NCBI GenBank assembly: GCA_964612655.1
Contig: CAZTDG010000004.1
Coordinates: forward strand, 9,600 to 47,504
Length of the DNA: 37,905 bases
Direction of reading: 5' to 3'
Source of the DNA: an uncultured Acidimicrobiales bacterium
GTDB lineage: Bacteria; Actinomycetota; Acidimicrobiia; Acidimicrobiales; SHLQ01
Shown here: piece after piece, positions 26,913 to 36,014 of the stretch
How the letters are laid out: every line of letters starts with the position of its first letter
How positions within the stretch are numbered: position 1 is the first letter of the stretch
The notes under the pieces: generated by a model
Seen by the model: only the letters and a program-made list of their open reading frames with translations
Told to the model about the DNA's origin: nothing
Database searches by the model: none
Made by a program: the position numbers and the translations under genes

Positions 26913-28779
26913 GCCGGTATTGGCCGTCGTCGCCCGGTGAGGCGGGGGGATCGGTCGGGCTGACCCAGACGCCATCGCCAGAGACCTGTGGGCCAAGAGG
27001 TGATGACCAGTCAGCGCTGTCGATGGGCCCCACGGGCGCGAGATCGGTATCGTCAGCCCGCCCGGTTTGGACTTGTGGACTGCGCAGTTCCTTAGCCGCA
27101 TCGAGATCCATTTGGACCAGTGTCGGATCGAGTTGCTCCTCGATCTCTGCGGAAGCGCCATCGAATGGAGCGCCATTGCTCGGAACTCCATTGGCCGGGG
27201 ACGCGGTAGGCGGGGCTTTCGTTGGGTTAGTTGGCGCTGGATTAGCTGGCGCCGGGCTGGCAGCCTCTGGGTTGGTCGAGTCGCCAGCCGTGGGGGCTAC
27301 CTCACCGAAGATGGCCATGCGGGACGCCAACGGCTTGAGCCGTTGGACGGCCTTGTTTGAACCGATCTTCTCGACAGCCTCTGGCGGCATTCGGCTTCGA
27401 ATGGCCTCTGCGAGCCGAGATGACTCCTGCACTCGGTCGGTGCGGCGGCCGAGCTCGTAACTGACTGCGGCAAGCGCCGCAGCGATCGCTACGAGCAACG
27501 CGCCGAACTGGATCGGGATTCGAGAGACGACCGCGAGGAACGCACCGAAGGCCCAGAAGAGTTGGAAGCGGCCCTCAAACTTTGCGAACTGACGGCCGTA
27601 GTTGGTTCGAGGAGCGTCGCGCTGGACGAGTGCATCGAAACCGAGCTTCGCGGTTGCCGCGGATACGGCAACGCCGAAGGCCAACATCGCGATGCCGGTA
27701 ATACCGCCACCCCATGCGCCGAGAAAGGCGGTGATGGTGGTCGCCAGCAGCGCGCCAAAGACGATGCGTTCTTCACCGACGCGATCGCGGATCATGGGCG
27801 CGTATTTGGCGCCGAGGAAGACCCCTAAACCGGCAGCCAGGCCAGCGACACCGAAATGCCATTGCGGCGGCCCGGGTGTCCCCAAAACGACCGACTCTTC
27901 CACTCCTTGCGCGAGCGCAACCGCTGCTCCCATCGGGGCGCCTGGTTCGGCGAGGTCGATCCCGTCTTCACCGGCACGCAAGTGGAAGGCGAGCAAGAAC
28001 GTCGTGAAGCCCGAGATGCCGCGCATGATCGCGATCGCCGTGGCAGCGAGAACGATATTCGCACCGCGGACCTCTAGGCGCTCGGTGTCGTCGACCGGGT
28101 CTGCAGCGACCTGCACCTGAGGAAGTGCGAGCGCGACGACGGCTCCAACGCCAAATATGAAGACCGCCAGGATCGTCGACGCCGCGTTGTTGCCGAAGAT
28201 TGCGATCAGGATCACGCCGAACGTTCCGCCGACGACCGCGCCGATCGAGCTGATCAAGGCCAGCTTAGAATTCGCTTGGATCAGCTCTTCTTCTCGTGGC
28301 ACTACGGCCGGCACGAGGGCTGTTCTCGAAACGCCGTAGGCCTTTTGCAGCACGAGCATGGCGAAGGCTTCGGGGAAGAGCAGGAGGCTGTCGATGTGGC
28401 GCGCCATGAAGAACGCGAGCAACGCTCGCACAACCAGCGAGCCGATGATCATCCCGCGCCGTCCACCGCGGGCCCGGTCAATCGCAGGGCCGAGCAGCGG
28501 AGTGACGATGGCGAACGGTGCGATCGTGAGCACGAGGTACAACGCCACTCGCCAACGGGCATCGGAAGGGTCGATGGAAAAGAAGATCGAACCGGCGAGT
28601 GCTACAGCGATACAGCCGTCGCCGATAACCGACAGGGCGTGAACCCGGGCCAGGCGGGTGAACGGTGTGACGATCAGTCCGTTGCCGATGCCAGGGTTCG
28701 GGGCAGGCGAAGGTGACTCATCGCCTGAGGAGCGACGCGGTTGGCGTAGCGGAGTCCATCCTTCCGGCTCGGTCATCAA
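26902..28779 (-). CDS. MFS-type membrane protein with Pro-rich disordered C-terminal tail
   Basis: About 12 hydrophobic segments, GPAIDRARGGRR motif-A-like loop; TAGTAT just upstream; start TTG 28779 or ATG 28776. Confidence 0.85.
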   Translation of the reverse strand: MMTEPEGWTPLRQPRRSSGDESPSPAPNPGIGNGLIVTPFTRLARVHALSVIGDGCIAVALAGSIFFSIDPSDARWRVALYLVLTIAPFAIVTPLLGPAIDRARGGRRGMIIGSLVVRALLAFFMARHIDSLLLFPEAFAMLVLQKAYGVSRTALVPAVVPREEELIQANSKLALISSIGAVVGGTFGVILIAIFGNNAASTILAVFIFGVGAVVALALPQVQVAADPVDDTERLEVRGANIVLAATAIAIMRGISGFTTFLLAFHLRAGEDGIDLAEPGAPMGAAVALAQGVEESVVLGTPGPPQWHFGVAGLAAGLGVFLGAKYAPMIRDRVGEERIVFGALLATTITAFLGAWGGGITGIAMLAFGVAVSAATAKLGFDALVQRDAPRTNYGRQFAKFEGRFQLFWAFGAFLAVVSRIPIQFGALLVAIAAALAAVSYELGRRTDRVQESSRLAEAIRSRMPPEAVEKIGSNKAVQRLKPLASRMAIFGEVAPTAGDSTNPEAASPAPANPAPTNPTKAPPTASPANGVPSNGAPFDGASAEIEEQLDPTLVQMDLDAAKELRSPQVQTGRADDTDLAPVGPIDSADWSSPLGPQVSGDGVWVSPTDPPASPGDDGQYRLWD

Positions 28780-28978
28780 TACAGATACTAGAGAACGGTT
28801 GTGACCCTAAACAGGTTGGGGCGCTCAGAACCCCAGAAATGTCCGTGAATTGCGTCAAAGATGGCCTTAGAAGACGCCGAGGTGACGCCCGTCGGTGACC
28901 GACGTCAAGAAACCCAGCACCCCTTTAGCGCTATCGTGGAGAGTACGCCTGACGACGGCAGAACAAGGGAGAGATTTG

Positions 28979-30379
28979 GTGCTTGCCCAACTCACCGAAG
29001 GTTTCGTGCCGCTCCTAGCTCAAGACGCCCTGTTGCCCGCTCGCAACCAGATGGCGATCTCCTTGGGAGCCCACATCATCCTGGCCTGCTTCGGTGTTTC
29101 GATGCCCGCCATGTTGTTCGTGCTGCACCGCAAAGGCGTGAAGGGCGACGCCGACGCACTGGAACTCGCCAAACGCTGGTCGAAGGTCTCGGCGGTCTTG
29201 TTCGCTATCGGCGCCGTCTCCGGCACGATCTTGGCCTTCGAGTTGGGTCTCCTATGGCCAGGCCTAATGGAACAGTTCGGTGACGTTGTTGGCCTCGCCT
29301 TCACCCTGGAAGGCATCTCGTTCTTTGTCGAAGCGATCTTCCTCGGCATCTACGTCTACGGCTGGGGTCGACTACCGACCAAGACCCACCAGTTCTTGCT
29401 CTTGCCGATGATCATCTCCGGAATGACCGGCACGTTCTTCGTGATGTCGGTGAACTCGTGGATGAACGCCCCGACCGGATTCGACATCGTCAATGGCCAG
29501 GTCGTCAACATCAACCCGTGGGCGGCCATCTTCAACGACGCGGTGTTCCTCCAGTACCTGCACATGCTGCTGGCCGCCTACATGGTTGCCGCCTTCACCA
29601 TGGTGTCGGTGTATTCGGTTGGCTGGCTCCGTGGCAGGCGTGATCGTCTGCACCGCCTCGGCATCCTCGTCCCGCTGACTTTCGCCGCGATCGTCACCCC
29701 GATCCAACCCATCGTCGGCCACTTCGCTGGTCAGGCAATCGCCGACCGTCAACCGATCAAGTTGGCGGCGATCGAGGGCTTGTCAGAGACCGAGTCGCGA
29801 GTGCCGATCATCGTGGGCGGCTTCTTCGACGAGGAAGAGGGCGAAGTCGTGGCTGGCGTCGAGGTGCCGATCCCCGGCCTCGGATCGTTCCTAGCCCAGA
29901 ACAGCTTCAACGCGGAGATCATCGGACTGAACGATGTTCCCGAAGACGAACAGCCCCCGGTCAACATCGTCCGCTACTCGTTCCAGATCATGGTCGGTAT
30001 CGGAACCGGTCTGGCGATGTTGGTCACCTACGCTGGGTTCCGCTGGTTTCGAGACAAAGACTCCTTCCTCGACAACAAGTGGATGTTGCGAGCCTTCGCA
30101 CTGACCGGGGCGGGTGCGATCATCGCCATGGAGACCGGGTGGATCACGACAGAGGTCGGCCGCCAGCCTTGGGTCGTACATGGAATCTTGCGCACCGAAG
30201 ACGCGGTCACCGACGGCAATTGGGTGTGGTTCACCTTCATCGGGCTAACGGTTATTTACGTCGGCATGTTCGCCGCCGGTTTCGGCGTGTTGCGCTCAAT
30301 GTCGAAGCGCTGGGCTGCGGGCGAGAAGGATCTCGAGTCTCCCTACGGTCCAGCCCGCATCCAAGAGTTGGTGGCCTGA
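28979..30379 (+). CDS. cydA: Cytochrome bd quinol oxidase subunit I (short Q-loop)
   Basis: GAHII, GAVSGTILAFE, FFVEAIFLG, NSWMNAP, YLHM, QPIKLAAIEG, FQIMVG, ETGWITTEVGRQPW; start probably TTG 28976 or GTG 28979 after AAGGGAG. Confidence 0.95.
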   Translation: MLAQLTEGFVPLLAQDALLPARNQMAISLGAHIILACFGVSMPAMLFVLHRKGVKGDADALELAKRWSKVSAVLFAIGAVSGTILAFELGLLWPGLMEQFGDVVGLAFTLEGISFFVEAIFLGIYVYGWGRLPTKTHQFLLLPMIISGMTGTFFVMSVNSWMNAPTGFDIVNGQVVNINPWAAIFNDAVFLQYLHMLLAAYMVAAFTMVSVYSVGWLRGRRDRLHRLGILVPLTFAAIVTPIQPIVGHFAGQAIADRQPIKLAAIEGLSETESRVPIIVGGFFDEEEGEVVAGVEVPIPGLGSFLAQNSFNAEIIGLNDVPEDEQPPVNIVRYSFQIMVGIGTGLAMLVTYAGFRWFRDKDSFLDNKWMLRAFALTGAGAIIAMETGWITTEVGRQPWVVHGILRTEDAVTDGNWVWFTFIGLTVIYVGMFAAGFGVLRSMSKRWAAGEKDLESPYGPARIQELVA

Positions 30380-30380
30380 G

Positions 30381-31373
30381 TTGTTAGCTGCTGATGCGGT
30401 CGCCGCGGTGATGTTCGCCGCGGTGACGCTTTACGCCGTGTTTGCTGGCGCCGACTTCGGCACCGGCCTGTGGGACATCCTTGCCGGTGGGGCGAAGAAG
30501 GGTGCCCCGACCAGGCGTCTCATCGACAAAGCCCTCGGCCCGGTGTGGGAGGCAAACCACGTCTGGCTGATCTTCGTGATCGTGTTGTTGTGGTCAGGTT
30601 TCCCTCGCCCGTTCGCCACGATCATGCGAGAGCTCGCCATCCCTTTCTGGCTGGTGGGCCTCGGGATCGTGCTGCGCGGCTCGGGCTTCGCCTTCCGCAA
30701 GTTCGCACCGACCTTGCTGGCCGCCCGCCTTGCAGGAATCGTGTTCGCCGGGTCGTCGGTATTCACTCCGTTCTTCCTTGGCACAATCGCCGGGGCCATC
30801 GCATCGGGACGAGTCGGGGCAGGCATCGAAGACGAGGTGATCTGGCTCTCCTCCACCTCGATCCTGGGCGGACTGCTCGCCACGGGCACCTGTTCGTTCC
30901 TCGCCGCCGTCTTCCTCACCGAGGAGGCCGAACGGTTGGGTGACAGCGAACTCACCGAAGACCTGCGAAAGAAGAGCCTCATCTCGGGATCGATCACCGG
31001 CGTGATCTCGCTGCTGGGTGTGAGCGTGCTCGCTACCGATGCCCCAACGTTGTTCGACGGCCTGACCGGTCGTGGCGCTCCGGAAATTTTGATCGCCGCG
31101 GTTGCCGGCTCGTTCACGATGATCATGTTGGCCCAGGGCTACACCCGCAGCGCCCGCTTCGCTGCGGTGATCGCTGTGGCGACGGTCGTGATCGGGTGGG
31201 GGTTCGCCCAGTACCCGTGGCTACTCGTCGACAACGTCACCATCGCAGATGGTGCTGGTCATCCGGCCACGCTCACCGCGCTACTCATCGCCTCGGCAAT
31301 CGCCGCGGTCGTGATCACCCCCGCACTCATCCTTCTGTACCGCCTAGTGGACACCGACCAACTCGGCCACTAA
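30381..31373 (+). CDS. cydB: Cytochrome bd quinol oxidase subunit II
   Basis: GADFGTG, GPVWEANHVWL, LRGSGFAFR, AQYPW; 1 bp after cydA. Confidence 0.94.
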   Translation: MLAADAVAAVMFAAVTLYAVFAGADFGTGLWDILAGGAKKGAPTRRLIDKALGPVWEANHVWLIFVIVLLWSGFPRPFATIMRELAIPFWLVGLGIVLRGSGFAFRKFAPTLLAARLAGIVFAGSSVFTPFFLGTIAGAIASGRVGAGIEDEVIWLSSTSILGGLLATGTCSFLAAVFLTEEAERLGDSELTEDLRKKSLISGSITGVISLLGVSVLATDAPTLFDGLTGRGAPEILIAAVAGSFTMIMLAQGYTRSARFAAVIAVATVVIGWGFAQYPWLLVDNVTIADGAGHPATLTALLIASAIAAVVITPALILLYRLVDTDQLGH

Positions 31374-31377
31374 TAGG

Positions 31378-31426
31378 GATTTGTACGTAAAAACTGACCG
31401 TGACGGTCAGTTTTTACGTACAAATC
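31378..31426. terminator. Perfect 23-bp inverted repeat at the cydB/hydrolase convergence (bidirectional terminator or palindromic element)
   Basis: GATTTGTACGTAAAAACTGACCG-TGA-CGGTCAGTTTTTACGTACAAATC. Confidence 0.8.
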
Positions 31427-32207
31427 TTTTGCAGAAGGCGGCGATCTCGTCGATGATTTCGTCGCGGTTGGTTTCGTTTACCAGCTCGTGGCGGGCGCCT
31501 TCGTAGACGCGGGTGGTCTTGTCGGTGCTGGGCATGGCTTCGACGGCGGCGAGCGATGTTCGGTAGTCGACGTAAGGGTCGTCGTCGCCGTGGCAGAACA
31601 GCACCGGCATGGTGAGCTCATCTATGTCGGCCTGGAACTGGTCGAGGGCGATCATCTCGGCCTCGAGGAGTGGACGTTTGTACTTGCCGCGGTAGATGAG
31701 CGGGTCGGTGGCATAGGACTCCACCGTGGCTGGGTCGCGCGACATGCCATCGAAGTCGGTGCTCGCAGGTGGAAGGTCGGGAGCGGCGAGCGCTTCACGG
31801 GCCCAGGTCCAGTCGCCGATCACCGCGCCGAGCAGCCCGATGCCGGCCACATCATCGGGGTAGGTCTGGGCGAATCGGGAGGTGAGCAACCCACCCATCG
31901 AATGCCCGATCATGACGACCGGCAAGCCTGGGTGATCGTCGGTGGCGATGTCGACGAGCCTTCGGAGGTCGCTGACCACCTCGCCAAAGTCGTTGATCAG
32001 TGCCCGTTCGCCGTCGCTATGGCCGTGGCCCATGTGGTCCTGGCCGTATACGGCCGCACCGTCGGCGACGAGGCGCTCCGCAACGTGGGCATAGCGGGCG
32101 GCGTACTCGGCGTAGCCATGCACGATGACAACGATGCGCGTCAGCTCACCCGCCGGCTCCCACTTCTCGAAATGCACCGCTCCAACGGATCCATCAAAGC
32201 TCGGCAT
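31407..32207 (-). CDS. Alpha/beta hydrolase (lysophospholipase/monoacylglycerol lipase-like)
   Basis: VHGYAEY, DHMGHGHS, GHSMGG nucleophile elbow, HGDDD, ARHELVNE. Confidence 0.92.
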   Translation of the reverse strand: MPSFDGSVGAVHFEKWEPAGELTRIVVIVHGYAEYAARYAHVAERLVADGAAVYGQDHMGHGHSDGERALINDFGEVVSDLRRLVDIATDDHPGLPVVMIGHSMGGLLTSRFAQTYPDDVAGIGLLGAVIGDWTWAREALAAPDLPPASTDFDGMSRDPATVESYATDPLIYRGKYKRPLLEAEMIALDQFQADIDELTMPVLFCHGDDDPYVDYRTSLAAVEAMPSTDKTTRVYEGARHELVNETNRDEIIDEIAAFCKRFVRKN

Positions 32208-32209
32208 CG

Positions 32210-34447
32210 TTAGGTCTCCTGTTCATGGATGGCGGCGAGGACTCGGCTCGGAGTCAGTGGGAACTCATCAAACCAAATGCCGGTCGCGTCGTGCACTGCA
32301 GCAATCACCGCAGGGGCGTAGGAGATGTAGGGCATTTCGGCGACGCCCCGAGCGCCCCACGGCCCCAGCGGATCGCCGAGTTCGAGCACGACGCTCTCCA
32401 CATGTTCTGGCACGTCGCCGATCCCTGGGATCAGGTAACCGCTGAAACGCGGGTTCACGATCCGGCCGTCCTCAACGATTAGGTTCTCGCTCAATACGTA
32501 CCCGTGGGCCTGCACGATGGCGCCCTCGATCTGGCCTCTCACGAGCTGTGGGTTAATCGCCTTGCCCACATCGTGAACGCTCGTGACCCGGTCAACTCGG
32601 ATATGGCCTGTGCCCAGATCGACGCTGACCTCTACGGCTTGGGCCATGTAGCCGTAAGAGAAGTTAGGTTGCCCGGCGCCGGTGTCGGGGTCGAGCGCTT
32701 CGGTCGGCGGTGGGGTGTAGCGGAAGGTTCCGATGGCGGGCCGTTGGCCGTCTCGCCACGCCTTCTCCGCTTCTTCGGCTGCACCGAGCACGGAGTTTCC
32801 TGCCATGAAGGTCATGCGTGATGCGGACACCGACCCCGAATCCGCAACGGGCGCGGAGGTATCGGAGAAGTGGCCGCGGACGTTCTCGATCGGCACGCCG
32901 GTTGCGTCAGCGACCATCTGGCGTAGCGCCTGGTGCACGCCCTGCCCGACCTCGGCGGCCCCGTGGTAGAGATCGGCTGACTCGGGAACGTCGGCGCCGT
33001 CGGCCCCATGCAGTTGGATCTCGGCCTCGCACCGCTCGGGGAACCCGAAGCTGAATCCCACGTTCTTGAATCCGGAGGCGAACCCCCGGCCTCGCTTCAC
33101 GTCGTCTGGAGCGGCGGGCAGCGTTGCCACCGGCGCGAACGGTTTCGCCGGGAACATGTCGCCCTGCATCTGCGCTCGCTCCGCGCACGTGTCGATGACG
33201 TCGCGGATGGTGACGCCTTCGGGCACAACCGCTTGGGTCAGCCCAAGGCTGCCTTCGACAAGCGCGTTCTTCCGACGAACCTCGACCGCACCCATGCCGA
33301 GCGCCTCAGCGAGCTTGTTCATCTGCATCTCGGCGACGAAGGCACCCTGTGGGCCACCAAAGCCGCGGAACGCTCCGCCGGGCACCGTGTTGGTGTAGAT
33401 CGCTGTGCTGTCGATGTGTGCGTTGGGAACCTCGTAGGGGCCAGCCACGCTGAGGTGAGCGTTGCCCAGCACCTTGTTCGACGTGTAGTTGTAGGCGCCA
33501 GCGTCGAGGAGCACCTCGGCCTCGACGGCGGTGATCGTGCCGTTCGTGGTGGCGCCGAGCTTCGCATGGATTGTGGCCCGGTGACGTTTGTGGTGACCGA
33601 CGATCGATTCCTCACGAGACCAGGTGCAATGCACCGGCCGGTCGATGCCGAGCGCATGCACCTTGCGGGCGGCGAGCGCGAGCACGATCTGGAGGCTCAT
33701 GTCCTCTTTGCCGCCGAACGCTCCACCGATGGCCGAGTAGACGATGCGAACCTGAGCTGGGTCAACGTCGAGCGCGTGGGCGACCTGTTGCTGGTCTTCC
33801 CACGCCCACTGGCCGCCGGTTTCGACAGTGACGACTCCGTCCTCGATCCATGCGGTTGCCGATTCGGTCTGGAGGAATGCGTGCTCTTGATGTGGGAGTT
33901 CGTAGGTTCCCTCGACCACCACTTCGGCGTCGGCCCACCCCGCAGCCATGTCACCCTTGCGGATCTTCAACTGGTGATAGCTGTTGCTGGCGAGCTCGCC
34001 GTGAACGAGGGTGTCGTCGGTACGAGCTTGGGCGACGTTCTCGACGATCGGCAACGGCTCCCACTCGATGTCGAGCAGTGTCGCCGCGTGACGCGCTTGT
34101 TCGTCGCTTTCGGCCACGATGACCGCCACGTGGTCGGCTTCCCACCGGCTGATCGTCGGATCGACTGCGCTCACTCCGGTGTGTTCCAGGCCGAGCAGAA
34201 CCGGCTGGTCAAACATGGTCAGCCCGTACTCGTTCACGGGGACATCGGCGGCGGTCACGATGGTGATCACGCCGGGCGCTGACTCCGCGGCGCTGGTGTT
34301 CATGGCGATCATTCGTGCGTGGGACTGACCCGAGAACACGGTTACTGCGAACAGCGCATCAGCGGGAACATCGTCGCCCGCATAGCGAGTAGCGCCCGTG
34401 ACCTTGTCGTTGGCGTCGAAGCGGCTGGTCGATGCTCCGACGCTCAT
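32210..34447 (-). CDS. Xanthine dehydrogenase/aldehyde oxidoreductase family molybdopterin-binding subunit
   Basis: KVTGATRY, IGGAFGGKE, AFRGFGGPQ, EVGQG, GQIEGAIVQ, GARGVAE; ATG 34447 in ATGA overlap with upstream stop. Confidence 0.94.
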   Translation of the reverse strand: MSVGASTSRFDANDKVTGATRYAGDDVPADALFAVTVFSGQSHARMIAMNTSAAESAPGVITIVTAADVPVNEYGLTMFDQPVLLGLEHTGVSAVDPTISRWEADHVAVIVAESDEQARHAATLLDIEWEPLPIVENVAQARTDDTLVHGELASNSYHQLKIRKGDMAAGWADAEVVVEGTYELPHQEHAFLQTESATAWIEDGVVTVETGGQWAWEDQQQVAHALDVDPAQVRIVYSAIGGAFGGKEDMSLQIVLALAARKVHALGIDRPVHCTWSREESIVGHHKRHRATIHAKLGATTNGTITAVEAEVLLDAGAYNYTSNKVLGNAHLSVAGPYEVPNAHIDSTAIYTNTVPGGAFRGFGGPQGAFVAEMQMNKLAEALGMGAVEVRRKNALVEGSLGLTQAVVPEGVTIRDVIDTCAERAQMQGDMFPAKPFAPVATLPAAPDDVKRGRGFASGFKNVGFSFGFPERCEAEIQLHGADGADVPESADLYHGAAEVGQGVHQALRQMVADATGVPIENVRGHFSDTSAPVADSGSVSASRMTFMAGNSVLGAAEEAEKAWRDGQRPAIGTFRYTPPPTEALDPDTGAGQPNFSYGYMAQAVEVSVDLGTGHIRVDRVTSVHDVGKAINPQLVRGQIEGAIVQAHGYVLSENLIVEDGRIVNPRFSGYLIPGIGDVPEHVESVVLELGDPLGPWGARGVAEMPYISYAPAVIAAVHDATGIWFDEFPLTPSRVLAAIHEQET

Positions 34448-35934
34448 GAGCCTGCACCCTTGCGTTGCGTCGAGGCGGCGTTGCGAACAGCTTGGGTGAT
34501 CGGGTAGTAGCCGGTGCAGCGGCAGAGGTTCCCGCCGAGACCTTGCGCGATCTGGTCGTCGGTTGGGTCTGGGGTGGCCGCGAGCAACCGTTCGACGGCC
34601 ATCACGAAACCGGGGATGCAATAGCCGCACTGCACCGCGAATTCATCGACGAACGCCTCCTGTACACAATGAAGCGCATCGGAGTCGGCGAGCCCTTCCA
34701 CGGTCACCACGTGCGCACCGTCGGCTTGGGCGGCAGGCACCAAGCACGACATGACGGCCGCGCCGTCGAGGTTCACCGTGCACGCCCCGCACTCCCCCTC
34801 GGCACAGCCCTCTTTGGTTCCCCAGAATCCCGAGCTCTCGGTCGTCTGCTCTCGAAGCCAGTCGAGGAGAGTTCGGCTGGCTCCTCCACTGCCGCGCAAT
34901 GGCTCTCCGTTAACGGTCACTGCTATTGCGGTTTCGTCGGTGACCATCGGTTGGGTCGGCTTCACCGCGTGATCGGGAGTGGCCCGAAGCGTCGGGGGTG
35001 CAGCTGACCATGTCGCCGCTTCAGCGCCACTCGCAAGGGCCTGCAGCGCACGCTGTACGACGGACTCGACAACGCTGGTCCGGTACTCGCTCGTCCCTCG
35101 ACCATCGGAGATTGGCGAAACCGCGCTGGCCGCCGCCGAAGACGCTGCGGCAATCGCGTCTTGGGTGAGCGGGGAGCCGACGAGCACCTCAGCGAACTCG
35201 TCGATCATCACGACGGTTGGCGCCACGCTGCCGAGCGCCAACCGGGCCGAGGTCACCACGTCGCCGTCGAAGCCGAGAACCAAACCACCATGCACGACGG
35301 AGATCGCTTGGTTCTTTCGAAGACCAACCTTGAACCACAGTCCGCGCCGCTCGACGCTCAGCTTCGGCACGTCGATGGCGGCGATGAGCTCGCCCGAACG
35401 GAGATCCGTCTCGCGGAATCCGGTGAAGAACTCCGCGACCGGAACGACCCGGGTGGTCATCGAGCCGTCTGCGTCGAGGGACGCGAGTTCGAGACTTGCG
35501 TCCAGCGCCATGAGCGCGCTGATGGTGTCATTGGCCGGGCTAGCCGTCACGAGGTTCCCGGCGACGGTGGCTCGGTTCCGTAGCTGTGGCGAACCGACTT
35601 CGAGACAGGCTTGGGCCAAGGGCAGCGCCGAACCAACGCACCGGGCATCGTCCACCACTTGGGAATGTGTGACCCCGCCACCGAGGCGAAGGCTGTCAGC
35701 AGACTCGGTGATCATGGCGAACCCGTTGATCGAAGTGAGGTCGACAACGGTTGCCGAATCGGCTTGTTCGCTACGAGCAAACTCCAACAGCAGGTCGGTT
35801 CCGCCGGCGATCGGTCGACGGGAAGGTTCTGCGGCCAGCGCCACAAGCGCGTCATGGAGGGTTACTGGACGAACGACTTCGGAGATTGCCCGCCCACTGC
35901 GCTGCACCTCGTGGACGCGGAACCCTTCGCTCAT
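34444..35934 (-). CDS. Fused FAD-binding (N-terminal) and 2x[2Fe-2S] (C-terminal) subunit of the molybdoenzyme
   Basis: IAGGTDL, GSPQLRNRATVAGN, ASPAND; then TKEGCAEGECGAC...SC, QCGYCIPG, GNLCRCTGY. Confidence 0.93.
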   Translation of the reverse strand: MSEGFRVHEVQRSGRAISEVVRPVTLHDALVALAAEPSRRPIAGGTDLLLEFARSEQADSATVVDLTSINGFAMITESADSLRLGGGVTHSQVVDDARCVGSALPLAQACLEVGSPQLRNRATVAGNLVTASPANDTISALMALDASLELASLDADGSMTTRVVPVAEFFTGFRETDLRSGELIAAIDVPKLSVERRGLWFKVGLRKNQAISVVHGGLVLGFDGDVVTSARLALGSVAPTVVMIDEFAEVLVGSPLTQDAIAAASSAAASAVSPISDGRGTSEYRTSVVESVVQRALQALASGAEAATWSAAPPTLRATPDHAVKPTQPMVTDETAIAVTVNGEPLRGSGGASRTLLDWLREQTTESSGFWGTKEGCAEGECGACTVNLDGAAVMSCLVPAAQADGAHVVTVEGLADSDALHCVQEAFVDEFAVQCGYCIPGFVMAVERLLAATPDPTDDQIAQGLGGNLCRCTGYYPITQAVRNAASTQRKGAGS

Positions 35935-36014
35935 CGCTTCAGTCTGTCACCCGGCCGGTCGACCAGGCCGTCTTGCAGGCAGCAGGTTTGCTTCCGTCGA
36001 GACACGGGCAGTCG

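Noticed and set aside
28843-28860. Rex-like site upstream of cydA (CCGTGAA-TTGC-GTCAAAG)
   Set aside because: Five mismatches to consensus; too weak to call, although biologically plausible.
32210-34447. CO dehydrogenase (coxL) assignment
   Set aside because: Lacks the AYxCSFR form I motif and cox accessory genes.
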